A stretch of 64,000 bases of DNA from an uncultured bacterium (GTDB lineage Bacteria > Abyssobacteria > SURF-5 > CBDUXP01). A program made the translations under genes and the position numbers. Below the pieces are notes generated by a model. That model searched no databases and had not been told where the DNA came from. It saw nothing but the letters and a program-made list of their open reading frames with translations. Of this stretch, positions 26,827 to 35,811 are shown piece after piece. Every line of letters starts with the position of its first letter. The stretch's first letter is position 1. The stretch covers positions 73,840 through 137,839 of the forward strand of contig CBDUXP010000003.1 of the NCBI GenBank assembly GCA_965371225.1. The letters are read 5' to 3'.

Positions 26827-27623
26827 GCCAGCTGCAACGCCCGATCCCGGGCAATGAGAGCCGCGCCAAGAGCGCCCACGATCTGTGGCTCCTCGGGGAT
26901 GTTGATCTGCAGCTCGATCAAGTCTTCCAGGGCGTGCACCACGCCGGAGTTCTTTGCGACACCGCCGGTCATGGTGACTTCCGCGTCGAGCCCGACGCGT
27001 TTCGCCAGCGAAAACGTGCGCTGTGCAATGGCGCGACAGAGCCCCCGCGTGATGTTCGATGGCGACTTGCCTTGGGAGACGAGCGACACGACCTCGCTTT
27101 CGGCAAATACCGTGCACATGCTGCTGATGGCCAAGTCCTCGTTCGCCTCATCGGCCAACGGACCCAGGTCGTCGAGTTCCACCTCGAGCGTCCGGGCCAT
27201 GACCTCCAGAAAGCGGCCGGTGCCCGCGGCGCACTTGTCATTCATGGCGAAGTCCGTCACCTTGCCCTGGGGGGAGAGGCTGATAGACTTCGAGTCTTGC
27301 CCGCCAATGTCGATGACCAGACGGGTGCGGGGAAACAAGTGAAACGCACCCTTGGCGTGGCAGGTGATTTCGGTGACGCTCTTGTCCCGCCCGGTCACGT
27401 TCTCGCGCCCGTACCCTGTGGAGATCACCGCGCTCAGGTCGGTGTCGGCCAGGGAAGCACTAGCGAGCACCGCGTCCCGCGCCTGCGCGATCGCCTTGCG
27501 ATTGTTCGCGCCGGTGGGCACCACCGCGGCGGCGATGACAGCGGCGGTCTCATCGACGATCACCGCGTCGCAGGTCAGGGAACCGATATCAATCCCGGCG
27601 AAATACCCCACGGTCGCCCCCAA
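26823..27623 (-). CDS. acyl-CoA dehydratase activase (HgdC/CoA-substrate-specific enzyme activase, BadF/BadG/BcrA/BcrD ATPase family)
   Basis: YFAGIDIGS ... IDIGGQDSK ... MNDKCAAGTGRFLE ... MTGGVAKN: ASKHA-fold activase signatures. Start is TTG 27623 or GTG 27611. Confidence 0.75.
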   Translation of the reverse strand: MGATVGYFAGIDIGSLTCDAVIVDETAAVIAAAVVPTGANNRKAIAQARDAVLASASLADTDLSAVISTGYGRENVTGRDKSVTEITCHAKGAFHLFPRTRLVIDIGGQDSKSISLSPQGKVTDFAMNDKCAAGTGRFLEVMARTLEVELDDLGPLADEANEDLAISSMCTVFAESEVVSLVSQGKSPSNITRGLCRAIAQRTFSLAKRVGLDAEVTMTGGVAKNSGVVHALEDLIELQINIPEEPQIVGALGAALIARDRALQLA

Positions 27624-27652
27624 TACAGGAATAAATGATATTCAGTTAATTA

Positions 27653-27681
27653 AATATACTTCAGGGACCCCCGGCAGTCAA
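27653..27681 (-). promoter_or_regulatory. sigma-70-type promoter (TTGACT-17-TATATT) for the dehydratase operon, inside a ~45-nt AT-rich island
   Basis: On the minus strand: TTGACT (27681..27676), a 17-nt spacer, then TATATT (27658..27653). This lies about 25 nt upstream of the activase start. The surrounding sequence (CAGGAATAAATGATATTCAGTTAATTAAATATAC) is very AT-rich for this genome and contains a TTAATTAA palindrome. Confidence 0.4.
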
Positions 27682-27780
27682 GTCGCGCGTACTGACGGCT
27701 GAGCCCCCGTGAGGCTGCCGTTCGTCGCTGGCCCAGCGCTTTCTCTTGACTTCGCCGGTGTCGGGCCATTCAATAGGCGG

Positions 27781-28686
27781 ATGAGTCCCGCCCGCCGAAC
27801 CGGAAACGCCCGCGCCGCCTCTGCGCAGAAGTCCCCCGTGCGGAAAGCTCGGGGGAAGGTGAAAGCCCCGTCCCCCGAGCGCGGCCCCGACGTGGCGACC
27901 AGCCCGCGGCCGGCGGAGACGGTGCACAGCGCGAAGAACCCCGCGTTCAAGACCTGGCGGTCGCTGTTGTCCGGTCGGGGCGTGCGCAAGCGGGGGCGGG
28001 CGCTGATTGCGGGACGGAAAGTAGTCGCGGAGGTGGCGGCCGAGTTTGGCGGACTCGTCGAGGCCTGTCTGCTTCAGGAGGGTGGTGATGATGCCCCGGA
28101 GGGCCTGCCCACCACGGTGCGGTGCTATCGCCTGGCGGGGAAGTTGTTGCGCGACCTGGATCCCGGTGAAGCCGGCCCCCCCCTCTTGGTCGTGCGGGTT
28201 CCCGACATGCCCGTCTGGAAGCCGGAGCCGATCGAGGAGGAGCTTGGCTGCACCCTGTTCCTCCCGTTTCAGGATCCGGTGAACGTAGGGGCCGCGTTGC
28301 GCAGTGCGGCGGCGTTCGGGGTGGGGCGCGTCGTGTTGTTGAAAGAATCCGCCCATCCGTTTCATCCCCGGAGCCTGCAGGCCGCCGGGAGTGCGCCGCT
28401 GCGCGTGAGCCTCTTGCGCGGCCCGGCGCTGTGCGACCTGGACACCAAGGCGCTGCCCTGCTTCACCCTGGACCTCACCGGGGAACCGCTGCGGGGGTTC
28501 CGCTTTCCCGAGCGGTTCGCGCTCGTGCCCGGTTTGGAGGGCACGGGCATGCCGGACCTGGCGGGGGACAACACGCCGGTCTACATCCCCATCTCTCCCC
28601 AGATGGATTCGCTCAATGCGGCGACGGCCACGGCCATCGCTCTGTACCACTGGCGCATTCACGTGGCAGACTTGGCCACGGCGTAG
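27781..28686 (+). CDS. TrmH/SpoU family RNA 2'-O-methyltransferase
   Basis: SAKNPAFK motif, SPOUT core (FLPFQDPVNVGAALRSAAAFGV) and C-terminal LNAATATAIALY. The start is uncertain: the ORF runs from 27709, and I chose the ATG at 27781. Confidence 0.6.
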   Translation: MSPARRTGNARAASAQKSPVRKARGKVKAPSPERGPDVATSPRPAETVHSAKNPAFKTWRSLLSGRGVRKRGRALIAGRKVVAEVAAEFGGLVEACLLQEGGDDAPEGLPTTVRCYRLAGKLLRDLDPGEAGPPLLVVRVPDMPVWKPEPIEEELGCTLFLPFQDPVNVGAALRSAAAFGVGRVVLLKESAHPFHPRSLQAAGSAPLRVSLLRGPALCDLDTKALPCFTLDLTGEPLRGFRFPERFALVPGLEGTGMPDLAGDNTPVYIPISPQMDSLNAATATAIALYHWRIHVADLATA

Positions 28687-28735
28687 GTCCGGCCGCCACA
28701 AACGTAAGGCCAGCACGGACTTCCAGAGTTGACGG

Positions 28736-28746
28736 TGTGATAGACT
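28736..28746 (+). promoter_or_regulatory. extended -10-like element TGTGATAGACT upstream of the liu cluster
   Basis: Same TGTGATAGA motif as at 15900 and 45409. About 45 nt upstream of the MCC-beta ATG. Confidence 0.3.
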
Positions 28747-28789
28747 GCGCCGATTTCGGTGGGGGAACGGCCCGCCGAAGGAACGCCGC

Positions 28790-30382
28790 ATGCCGGTCCT
28801 GGAATCCCAGATTCGCACGCAGAGTCCTGAGTTCAAGGCCCGCTACGCGTACCACAAGGCCTTGGCGGACGAGCTGAAGGCCCGCTTGCAGCAGGTGCGC
28901 CAGGGCGGTTCCTCCCGCGCCGTGGAGCAGCATCACCAGCGCAACAAGCTGCTGGCGCGGGAGCGGATTGACGAACTGCTGGACGCCGGCTCGCCGTTTC
29001 TGGAGCTGGCGCCCTTGGCGGCGTGGGCCCAGTACGACGACGAAGCGCCGGGCGCGGGAATCGTCACCGGCATTGGTCGCATCAGCGGTGTCGAGTGCGC
29101 GATCGTCGCCAACGACGCCACCGTGAAGGGCGGGACGTACTACCCGCTGACGGTCAAGAAGCATCTCCGCCTCCAGGAGGTGGCGCTGGAGAATCGGCTG
29201 CCGTGTCTGTACCTGGTGGATTCGGGCGGCGCCTTTCTTCCGGAACAGGCCAACGTGTTTCCCGACCGGCATCACTTCGGTCGCATCTTCTATAACCAGG
29301 CGCGTATGTCCGAAGTCGGTATCCCCCAAATCGCCGTGGTGATGGGCTACTGCACGGCCGGCGGCGCGTACATCCCGGCTATGGCCGATGAAGCGGTCAT
29401 CGTCACCGGCACGGGCACGATCTTCCTCGGGGGCCCGCCGCTCGTGAAAGCCGCGACGGGGGAAGACGTCACGGCCGAGGAGTTGGGGGGCGCCACGCTG
29501 CACTGCCGCGAGTCGGGGGTGACGGACCATTTCGCGCAAGACGACCACCATGCGCTGGAGATCACGCGAGGCATCGTCGCGTCCCTGAATCATCGGAAGT
29601 CGCACGACCTCGTCTGCCGCGCCCCCGAAGAGCCGCTGTATCCCACCGACGAACTGTACGGTGTGCTCCCGGAGACGGTGCGCGAACCCTACGACGTGCG
29701 CGAAGTCATTGCGCGTCTGGTGGATGGCTCGGTGTTCGACGAGTTCAAGTCGCTGTACGGTCCCACGCTCGTCTGTGGCTTCGCGCATCTGCACGGGTAT
29801 CCGATCGGCATCGTGGCGAACAACGGTATCCTCTTCAGCGCATCCGCGGTGAAGGGCGCGCACTTCGTGACCCTCTGCGGCCAGCGCCGCATTCCGCTGC
29901 TGTTCCTCCAGAACATTTCCGGGTTCATGGTGGGGCGCGAGTACGAGGCCGGGGGCATCATCAAAGACGGCGCGAAGCTGGTCACCGCCGTGTCCTGTGT
30001 GCAGGTGCCGAAGCTGACCCTCATCATCGGCGGCTCCTACGGCGCGGGGAATTACGGGATGTGCGGGCGCGCGTACGAACCGCGGTTCCTCTTCATGTGG
30101 CCGAACGGACGGATCAGCGTGATGGGACCGGAGCAGGCGGCCGATGTGCTCCTGCAAGTGAAACTCGCGCGCGAGCCCATGTCCGACGAGGCGCAGGAGG
30201 CGTTCCGCCGCCCGATCATCGAACGATACGAGCGGGAAGGCGACGCGTACTTTGCCTCGGGCCGGCTCTGGGACGACGGGCTCCTCGACCCCGCCGACAC
30301 GCGCACGGCGCTCGGCCTCGCCCTGTCCGCCACCCTTAACGCCCCCATTCCCGAGAGTCGATACGGGATTTTCCGGATGTGA
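28790..30382 (+). CDS. liuB: methylcrotonoyl-CoA carboxylase beta subunit (carboxyltransferase)
   Basis: Near-collinear with known MccB/LiuB sequences ([20 protein letters not shown] ... LVDSGGA ... [17 protein letters not shown]). Gene context is leucine catabolism. Confidence 0.8.
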   Translation: MPVLESQIRTQSPEFKARYAYHKALADELKARLQQVRQGGSSRAVEQHHQRNKLLARERIDELLDAGSPFLELAPLAAWAQYDDEAPGAGIVTGIGRISGVECAIVANDATVKGGTYYPLTVKKHLRLQEVALENRLPCLYLVDSGGAFLPEQANVFPDRHHFGRIFYNQARMSEVGIPQIAVVMGYCTAGGAYIPAMADEAVIVTGTGTIFLGGPPLVKAATGEDVTAEELGGATLHCRESGVTDHFAQDDHHALEITRGIVASLNHRKSHDLVCRAPEEPLYPTDELYGVLPETVREPYDVREVIARLVDGSVFDEFKSLYGPTLVCGFAHLHGYPIGIVANNGILFSASAVKGAHFVTLCGQRRIPLLFLQNISGFMVGREYEAGGIIKDGAKLVTAVSCVQVPKLTLIIGGSYGAGNYGMCGRAYEPRFLFMWPNGRISVMGPEQAADVLLQVKLAREPMSDEAQEAFRRPIIERYEREGDAYFASGRLWDDGLLDPADTRTALGLALSATLNAPIPESRYGIFRM

Positions 30383-31164
30383 ACCCCATGCCGCGCACCA
30401 TCGACATCGCGACGAACAAAACCGTGGCGACCATCACCTTGAACCGCCCGGACGTGCACAACGCGTTCAACCCCGAGATGATTGCGGAGGTGACCCGCGC
30501 CTTTCAGGACTTGGGCCAGGATGCCGCCGTCCGCGTCATCGTGCTGACCGGCGCGGGCCGGTCCTTCAGCGCCGGGGCGGACTTGAACTGGATGAAGTCC
30601 ATGGCGGACTTCACCGAAGAGGAAAACGTGGCCGACGCCCACCGCTTGGACGCCATGTTTCAAGCGATGGTCAATTGCCCGAAGGCGATCCTCGGCCGTA
30701 TCAACGGGGCCGCGTTCGGCGGAGGCCTGGGGCTCATCGCCTGTTGCGATCTGGCCGTGGCCGTGGACACCGCGAAGTTCGCCTTTACGGAAGTGAATCT
30801 GGGGGTGGTCCCGGCCGTCATCGCGCCCTACGTGATTCGCAAGACCGGCCTCGCGCCGCTCACGGAACTGTTCCTGACGGGCGAACGGTTCGACGCGGCG
30901 CGCGCCTATGAGATGGGCCTCCTGCATACCCTCGTGCACCAGGCCAATCTGGACGGCATCGTGCAACGGCGGACCGCCGAGGTGCTCACCGGCGCGCCGG
31001 GCGCGGTCGCCGCGGCCAAGGCCCTGCTGAACACCGTCCACACCACGCCCCTCGACGAGGTGCGCGACTACACAGCGCAACTCATCGCGCGCCTCCGCGC
31101 AGGAGAAGAAGGCCAGGAGGGGATGGCGGCCTTCCTGCAGAAGCGGCCACCCGGTTGGACCTAG
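30379..31164 (+). CDS. liuC: enoyl-CoA hydratase/isomerase family, probable methylglutaconyl-CoA hydratase
   Basis: Crotonase fold ([17 protein letters not shown] ... AAFGGGLGL). Overlaps liuB by 4 nt. Confidence 0.7.
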   Translation: MNPMPRTIDIATNKTVATITLNRPDVHNAFNPEMIAEVTRAFQDLGQDAAVRVIVLTGAGRSFSAGADLNWMKSMADFTEEENVADAHRLDAMFQAMVNCPKAILGRINGAAFGGGLGLIACCDLAVAVDTAKFAFTEVNLGVVPAVIAPYVIRKTGLAPLTELFLTGERFDAARAYEMGLLHTLVHQANLDGIVQRRTAEVLTGAPGAVAAAKALLNTVHTTPLDEVRDYTAQLIARLRAGEEGQEGMAAFLQKRPPGWT

Positions 31165-31170
31165 CGCGCC

Positions 31171-32664
31171 ATGCTGCGCAAAGTGTTGATCGCCAATCGC
31201 GGCGAGATTGCCTGCCGCGTCATCCGCGCGTGTCGGGAGTTGGGTATCGCGACCGTGGCGGCGTATGCCGAGCCCGACGCGGACGCCAAACACGTCCGCG
31301 AAGCCGATGAGGCGTACCCCCTCGGCGGCACCACGGCGCTCGAGACGTACCTGAACGGCGAAGCGCTCCGCACCGTGGCGGCGACCGCCGGCGCCGACGC
31401 GGTGCACCCGGGCTATGGATTCCTGGCGGAGAACGCCGCCTTTGCCCAGGAGTGCGCCGATGCGGGGCTTGTCTTCATCGGCCCGCCGCCCGCCGCGATC
31501 GCCGACATGGGTTCCAAACGCCGGGCGAAAGACATCATGGCCGCGGCCGGCGTGCCCACCCTGCCCGGAGTGTCCGGTAGTGGGCTGGACGACGCCGGCC
31601 TCGCCCAAGCCGCCGAAGCCGTCGGCTACCCGGTGCTCATCAAGGCGTCCGCGGGCGGTGGGGGTAAAGGCATGCAGGCGGTGGAAGAACCGGCGGCGTT
31701 CCCGAACGCCCTGGCCAGTGTCCGCCGGGTGGCCGCCGCCGCGTTCGGCGATGATGCCGTCCTGCTCGAACGCTACCTGGCAGGTCCGCGGCACGTGGAG
31801 GTCCAAATCCTGGCCGATGCGCAGGGCACCATCCTCGCGCTCGGCGAACGGGACTGCTCGTTACAGCGGCGCCACCAAAAAATTCTGGAAGAGAGCCCTT
31901 GCGTCGTCCTGGATCCGGCCACGCGGGAAGCGATGCACGCCGCGGCGGTGGACGCGGCCCGGGCCGTCCAGTACGTGGGGGCCGGCACGGTGGAGTTCCT
32001 GTTGGACACGGCGGGCGAGTTCTACTTCCTGGAAATGAACACCCGGTTGCAGGTGGAACACCCCGTGACCGAGTTCGTGACCGGCGTGGACCTGGTGAAG
32101 TGGCAACTGCGCATCGCGGCCGGCGAGCCCCTCACCTTGACGCCCGCGGACACGGTCCCCCGCGGACATGCGGTGGAGTGTCGCGTGTACGCCGAGGATG
32201 CCGGCAACCGGTTTCTCCCTTCGACCGGCACCGTCCGGTACCTGCGGCATCCGGAAGGGATCGACGTGCGGGTCGATAGCGGCCTGGATGCGGGGGACGC
32301 GGTTACGGTGTACTTCGATCCCATGATCGCCAAGCTCATCGTGCGCGGCGAGGACCGGGAGGACGCGCTGCGGAAGATGGCCTGGGCGTTGGACCACTAT
32401 GTGGTGCTGGGCATCAAGACGAACGTTCCGTTTCTGCAGGCGCTCGTGGCCGATGCGGAGGTGCGCCACAATAGGATTTCCACGCAGTACGTCGAAGCCC
32501 GGTACGCGGACTGGTCCGCACCCGTTTCCGTGGATGACGACGTGTTCGTCGCTGCCGCTGTGGCGGAGCTGTTGCGCGCGGGGGCGCCGGTCGCTGCGAA
32601 CGGCCAGCCGGTAAACGACTACGATCCGTTCGGCGTGCCGAGCCGCTGGCGGTTGGGGACATGA
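31171..32664 (+). CDS. liuD: methylcrotonoyl-CoA carboxylase alpha subunit, biotin carboxylase (BC) and partial BT region; the ORF ends before the biotinyl domain
   Basis: MLRKVLIANRGEIACRVIRA (BC N-terminus), ATP-grasp and BC C-terminal domains. The 497-aa ORF stops in the region where single-chain MccA continues. Confidence 0.75.
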   Translation: MLRKVLIANRGEIACRVIRACRELGIATVAAYAEPDADAKHVREADEAYPLGGTTALETYLNGEALRTVAATAGADAVHPGYGFLAENAAFAQECADAGLVFIGPPPAAIADMGSKRRAKDIMAAAGVPTLPGVSGSGLDDAGLAQAAEAVGYPVLIKASAGGGGKGMQAVEEPAAFPNALASVRRVAAAAFGDDAVLLERYLAGPRHVEVQILADAQGTILALGERDCSLQRRHQKILEESPCVVLDPATREAMHAAAVDAARAVQYVGAGTVEFLLDTAGEFYFLEMNTRLQVEHPVTEFVTGVDLVKWQLRIAAGEPLTLTPADTVPRGHAVECRVYAEDAGNRFLPSTGTVRYLRHPEGIDVRVDSGLDAGDAVTVYFDPMIAKLIVRGEDREDALRKMAWALDHYVVLGIKTNVPFLQALVADAEVRHNRISTQYVEARYADWSAPVSVDDDVFVAAAVAELLRAGAPVAANGQPVNDYDPFGVPSRWRLGT

Positions 32665-33152
32665 GACTGCACTTACGCATCGGCGACGCCGAGCGCGCCG
32701 TGGAAGCCCGCTGGGTGGATGAGGGCGTGCAGGTCACCATTGACGGGCGCGCGGTGACCGTGGCGGTGCATCTGCTGGACGCGCACGCGTTCCTCCTGCG
32801 GCACGGGGGCCGGCGCATCAGCTGCGCCGCGGCCGCCCGCGGCCGGCAGCGCGAGTTGTGGGTGGACGGCCGCACGGTGGCATATGAAGTCGGCGACGGG
32901 CGCCGCCGCGCTGCGCCCCCAGGGGGCGACGCGGAACTGGTGGCGTCCCTGCCCGGCGTGGTGCGCGAGGTGCTGGTCCAGGTTGGCGATCGCGTGCGTG
33001 AGGGCGACAGACTGGTCGTGCTCGAATCCATGAAGATGGAGATGGCCGTCCAGGCACCCTATGCGGGCACGGTCGAGGCGGTGTTCGTGGTCGAGGGGCA
33101 GAACGTGGAAGGTGGCGAACACCTGCTCGCGTTGACGGCGGACGACGCATGA
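32661..33152 (+). CDS. biotin carboxyl carrier (biotinyl/lipoyl) domain protein; the C-terminal part of MCC alpha encoded as a separate, overlapping ORF
   Basis: Biotinylation motif (LESMKMEM) and biotinyl-domain hammerhead (GDRLVVLESMKMEMAVQAPYAGTV). Its ATG overlaps the BC ORF stop (ATGA) and it is in the -1 frame. Confidence 0.65.
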   Translation: MRLHLRIGDAERAVEARWVDEGVQVTIDGRAVTVAVHLLDAHAFLLRHGGRRISCAAAARGRQRELWVDGRTVAYEVGDGRRRAAPPGGDAELVASLPGVVREVLVQVGDRVREGDRLVVLESMKMEMAVQAPYAGTVEAVFVVEGQNVEGGEHLLALTADDA

Positions 33153-34075
33153 CCCGCCCCACGCGCGTCAGCATCGTGGAAGTCGGTCCTCGCGACGGCT
33201 TGCAGAACGAATCCGAACCCATCGCCACGGCGGACAAGCTGGAATTCATCCGATTGCTGACGCAGGCCGGCCTGCGCCGGATCGAGGTGACCTCGTTCGT
33301 CAATCCGAAGTGGGTGCCCCAGCTTGCGGATGCGCGGGAGCTGTACCCCCAGCTGTCGCCGCCGGCCGGCGTGGTCTACTCCGCCCTGGTTCCGAACGAC
33401 AGGGGGATGAGCGCCGCGCGCGAGGCGGGCGTGCAAGAGATCGCCGTCTTCACCGCGGCCACGGAATCGTTCAACCGGAAGAACATCAACTGCTCCATCG
33501 CCGAATCCATTGCGCGATTCACCCCCGTCACCGCCGAAGCCTGCGACGCGGGCATCCCCGTGCGCGCCTACGTATCCACCTGCTTCGGCTGCCCGTACGA
33601 AGGGGCGGTCGACGCGGCCGCCGTGCTCCAGGTGTGCGAACAGTTGCTCGCGATCGGGTGTTACGAGCTGTCGATCAGCGACACCATCGGCGTCGCGACA
33701 CCCGGCAGCGTGGCGCATCTGTTGGACGTGCTCGTACCGGCGGTGGGAACCGCCGTGTTGGCCCTCCACCTTCACAACACGCGTGGGACCGCGCTGGCCA
33801 ATGTGGTGACCGGCTTGGACTACGGCATTGCCACCTACGACTCGTCAGCCGGCGGCCTTGGCGGGTGCCCCTACGCGCCGGGCGCGACCGGCAACCTGGC
33901 CACGGAGGATCTGGTGTACCTGCTCGACGGCCTCGGCATCGAGACCGGCGTGTCGCTCGACGGGGTGCTCGCCGCGTCCCGGTACATGGAAGGGGTGTTG
34001 GACCGTCGGCTGCCCAGCGCCGTCCTCCGGGCGGGCGGCGCACTCGCGCCCCGTGGCGCAGTGGCCGACCCATGA
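33149..34075 (+). CDS. liuE: hydroxymethylglutaryl-CoA lyase
   Basis: VSIVEVGPRDGLQNE ... TSFVNPKWVPQLAD is the HMGL signature. The ATG overlaps the upstream stop. Confidence 0.8.
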   Translation: MTRPTRVSIVEVGPRDGLQNESEPIATADKLEFIRLLTQAGLRRIEVTSFVNPKWVPQLADARELYPQLSPPAGVVYSALVPNDRGMSAAREAGVQEIAVFTAATESFNRKNINCSIAESIARFTPVTAEACDAGIPVRAYVSTCFGCPYEGAVDAAAVLQVCEQLLAIGCYELSISDTIGVATPGSVAHLLDVLVPAVGTAVLALHLHNTRGTALANVVTGLDYGIATYDSSAGGLGGCPYAPGATGNLATEDLVYLLDGLGIETGVSLDGVLAASRYMEGVLDRRLPSAVLRAGGALAPRGAVADP

Positions 34076-34106
34076 GGGCGGTCCGACGGCCACCGGGGCT
34101 GCGTTA

Positions 34107-34904
34107 ATGGGGGCTCCGCGTCGCTGGAGGAAGTCGCCCGGCCTGCGGTGGGCGCGCCGGCGCCTGTCGAGCCTCCAGCTGCTGCTGTATCCCCTGCTCT
34201 GGGCCGGGACGCACGCCTGGATCGGCATCTTGCACCGCGGCGTCCGCTGGAGCGAGAGTGGGCCGTTCCGCAGCTTCGTTACTCGCCGCCGCCCCGCCAT
34301 CCTGTGCATGTGGCACCAGGATGTGCTCACGACCACGCTGTTTCTCGCCGCGCAGGGCCATCGGTATCCCAAGACGTTCATGATCAGCGACGGGCGCGCC
34401 GCCATCCTGGGGTCCTTTATGCTCCGGGGCTACGGCTTCGCGTTCGTGATGGGCGGCAAGCATCGGGACGGCGGCCGTGTCGGCGTGGTCGAACGGCTTG
34501 CCGAGGAATGCCGCGCCACTGGCTGCGCGCCGATCATTACGGGCGACGGGTCCCGCGGGCCGGCGAACGAGGCGCGGTGGGGGGCCGTCCATCTCGCGCG
34601 GGACACCGGCCTGCCCATCGTCCCTCTGCGTACGTGGTTCTCCCATGCGTGGACTCTGCCCAACTGGGCCCGGATGCAACTTCCCTGGCCGTGGCCCATT
34701 GGCCGCGCGCACGTGGCGTCGGGGGAGCCGCTTGTGGTCCCGCCCGACGCGGACAAAACCACGTTGGAACGGTGCCGGGCCGAGTTGGAGCGGCGGTTGA
34801 ACGCGCTGGCGCCTGTCGCCGAAGCGGAAACGCGGAAATCCGGGCCCATCCGCCGCGGGCTCCGCGACGGCCTGCCGCGCATTGCGGATCCTGCCAATGC
34901 CTGA
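34107..34904 (+). CDS. DUF374 (lysophospholipid-acyltransferase-like) domain protein
   Basis: ILCMWHQDVL ... MISDGRA ... GGKHRDGGRVGVVERLAEEC ... ITGDGSRGP. Start taken at MGAPRRWRKSP. Confidence 0.55.
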   Translation: MGAPRRWRKSPGLRWARRRLSSLQLLLYPLLWAGTHAWIGILHRGVRWSESGPFRSFVTRRRPAILCMWHQDVLTTTLFLAAQGHRYPKTFMISDGRAAILGSFMLRGYGFAFVMGGKHRDGGRVGVVERLAEECRATGCAPIITGDGSRGPANEARWGAVHLARDTGLPIVPLRTWFSHAWTLPNWARMQLPWPWPIGRAHVASGEPLVVPPDADKTTLERCRAELERRLNALAPVAEAETRKSGPIRRGLRDGLPRIADPANA

Positions 34905-35700
34905 GGCCGGACGGTGGAAACGTTGGTGGAAGTCGCCCCGGGTGCGGCGCATGCGGCGGCGCATCTCGGACGCGCAAGAGGTCGTGTTCTATCCGGTCAT
35001 CGGGGGACTCGCGCGCATATGGATGTACACCGTGCGCCGCTGGGTGTCGTGGAGCGAGAGCGGCTCGCTGCCCGACTTCATCGCCCGCGGCGAGCCCGTC
35101 ATCCTGTGCGCGTGGCACGAGGACATCCTGCCGTCCATGGCGTACCTGATCACGCAAGCCGCACAAGAGCGGGGCTATCCGCTGGTCCTCATGGTGAGCG
35201 ACGGGCGGGCCGGCGCCTTGGGCGGGTGTGGGGTGGAGGCGAATGGCGTGCACGTGGTGAAGGGCGGCAAGCACAGCGACGGCGGGCGCGTCAGCGTGGT
35301 CGAGCGCCTGGCGGAAGAATGCACCCGGACGCGGCGCAGCGCGATTCTGACCGGCGACGGGTCGCGCGGCCCTGCGTTCGAAGCGAAGTGGGGGGCCGTC
35401 TACCTGGCGCGCGACACGGGCTTTCCACTGGTGCCCATGCGCACGCGCTTTGTGCGCGGCCTGACCCTCCGCAAGACCTGGGCGGGCTTCATGGTGCCCC
35501 CCATCCCCGGTAGGGGCCGCGCGCACGCGGTGACGGGCGAACCGCTCCGCATTCCGGCGGATGCGGACAAGGCGGCGCTCGAAGCCTATCGGGAGGAACT
35601 GGAACGGCGCTTGAAAGCGTTGATGCCCATCGTGGACGCGCACCTGTTCGGCGCCTCGCGGCCGCCTGCCGGGGCGGAATCGGCCGCGCGCGGGACCTGA
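34897..35700 (+). CDS. DUF374 domain protein (tandem paralog)
   Basis: Collinear with the previous gene (ILCAWHEDIL ... MVSDGRA ... GGKHSDGGRVSVVERLAEEC ... LTGDGSRGP). Overlaps it by 8 nt. Confidence 0.55.
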   Translation: MPEAGRWKRWWKSPRVRRMRRRISDAQEVVFYPVIGGLARIWMYTVRRWVSWSESGSLPDFIARGEPVILCAWHEDILPSMAYLITQAAQERGYPLVLMVSDGRAGALGGCGVEANGVHVVKGGKHSDGGRVSVVERLAEECTRTRRSAILTGDGSRGPAFEAKWGAVYLARDTGFPLVPMRTRFVRGLTLRKTWAGFMVPPIPGRGRAHAVTGEPLRIPADADKAALEAYREELERRLKALMPIVDAHLFGASRPPAGAESAARGT

Positions 35701-35811
35701 AACCCCTCCGGCGCGCCGCCGGGCTGCGGGGGCGACCGGCGCGAGGGGAGAGCGTTTCCGGATAGAATCCTGCCGGAGATTGAGCCCGGGTTGCCGGAGG
35801 AGGCAGTTATC

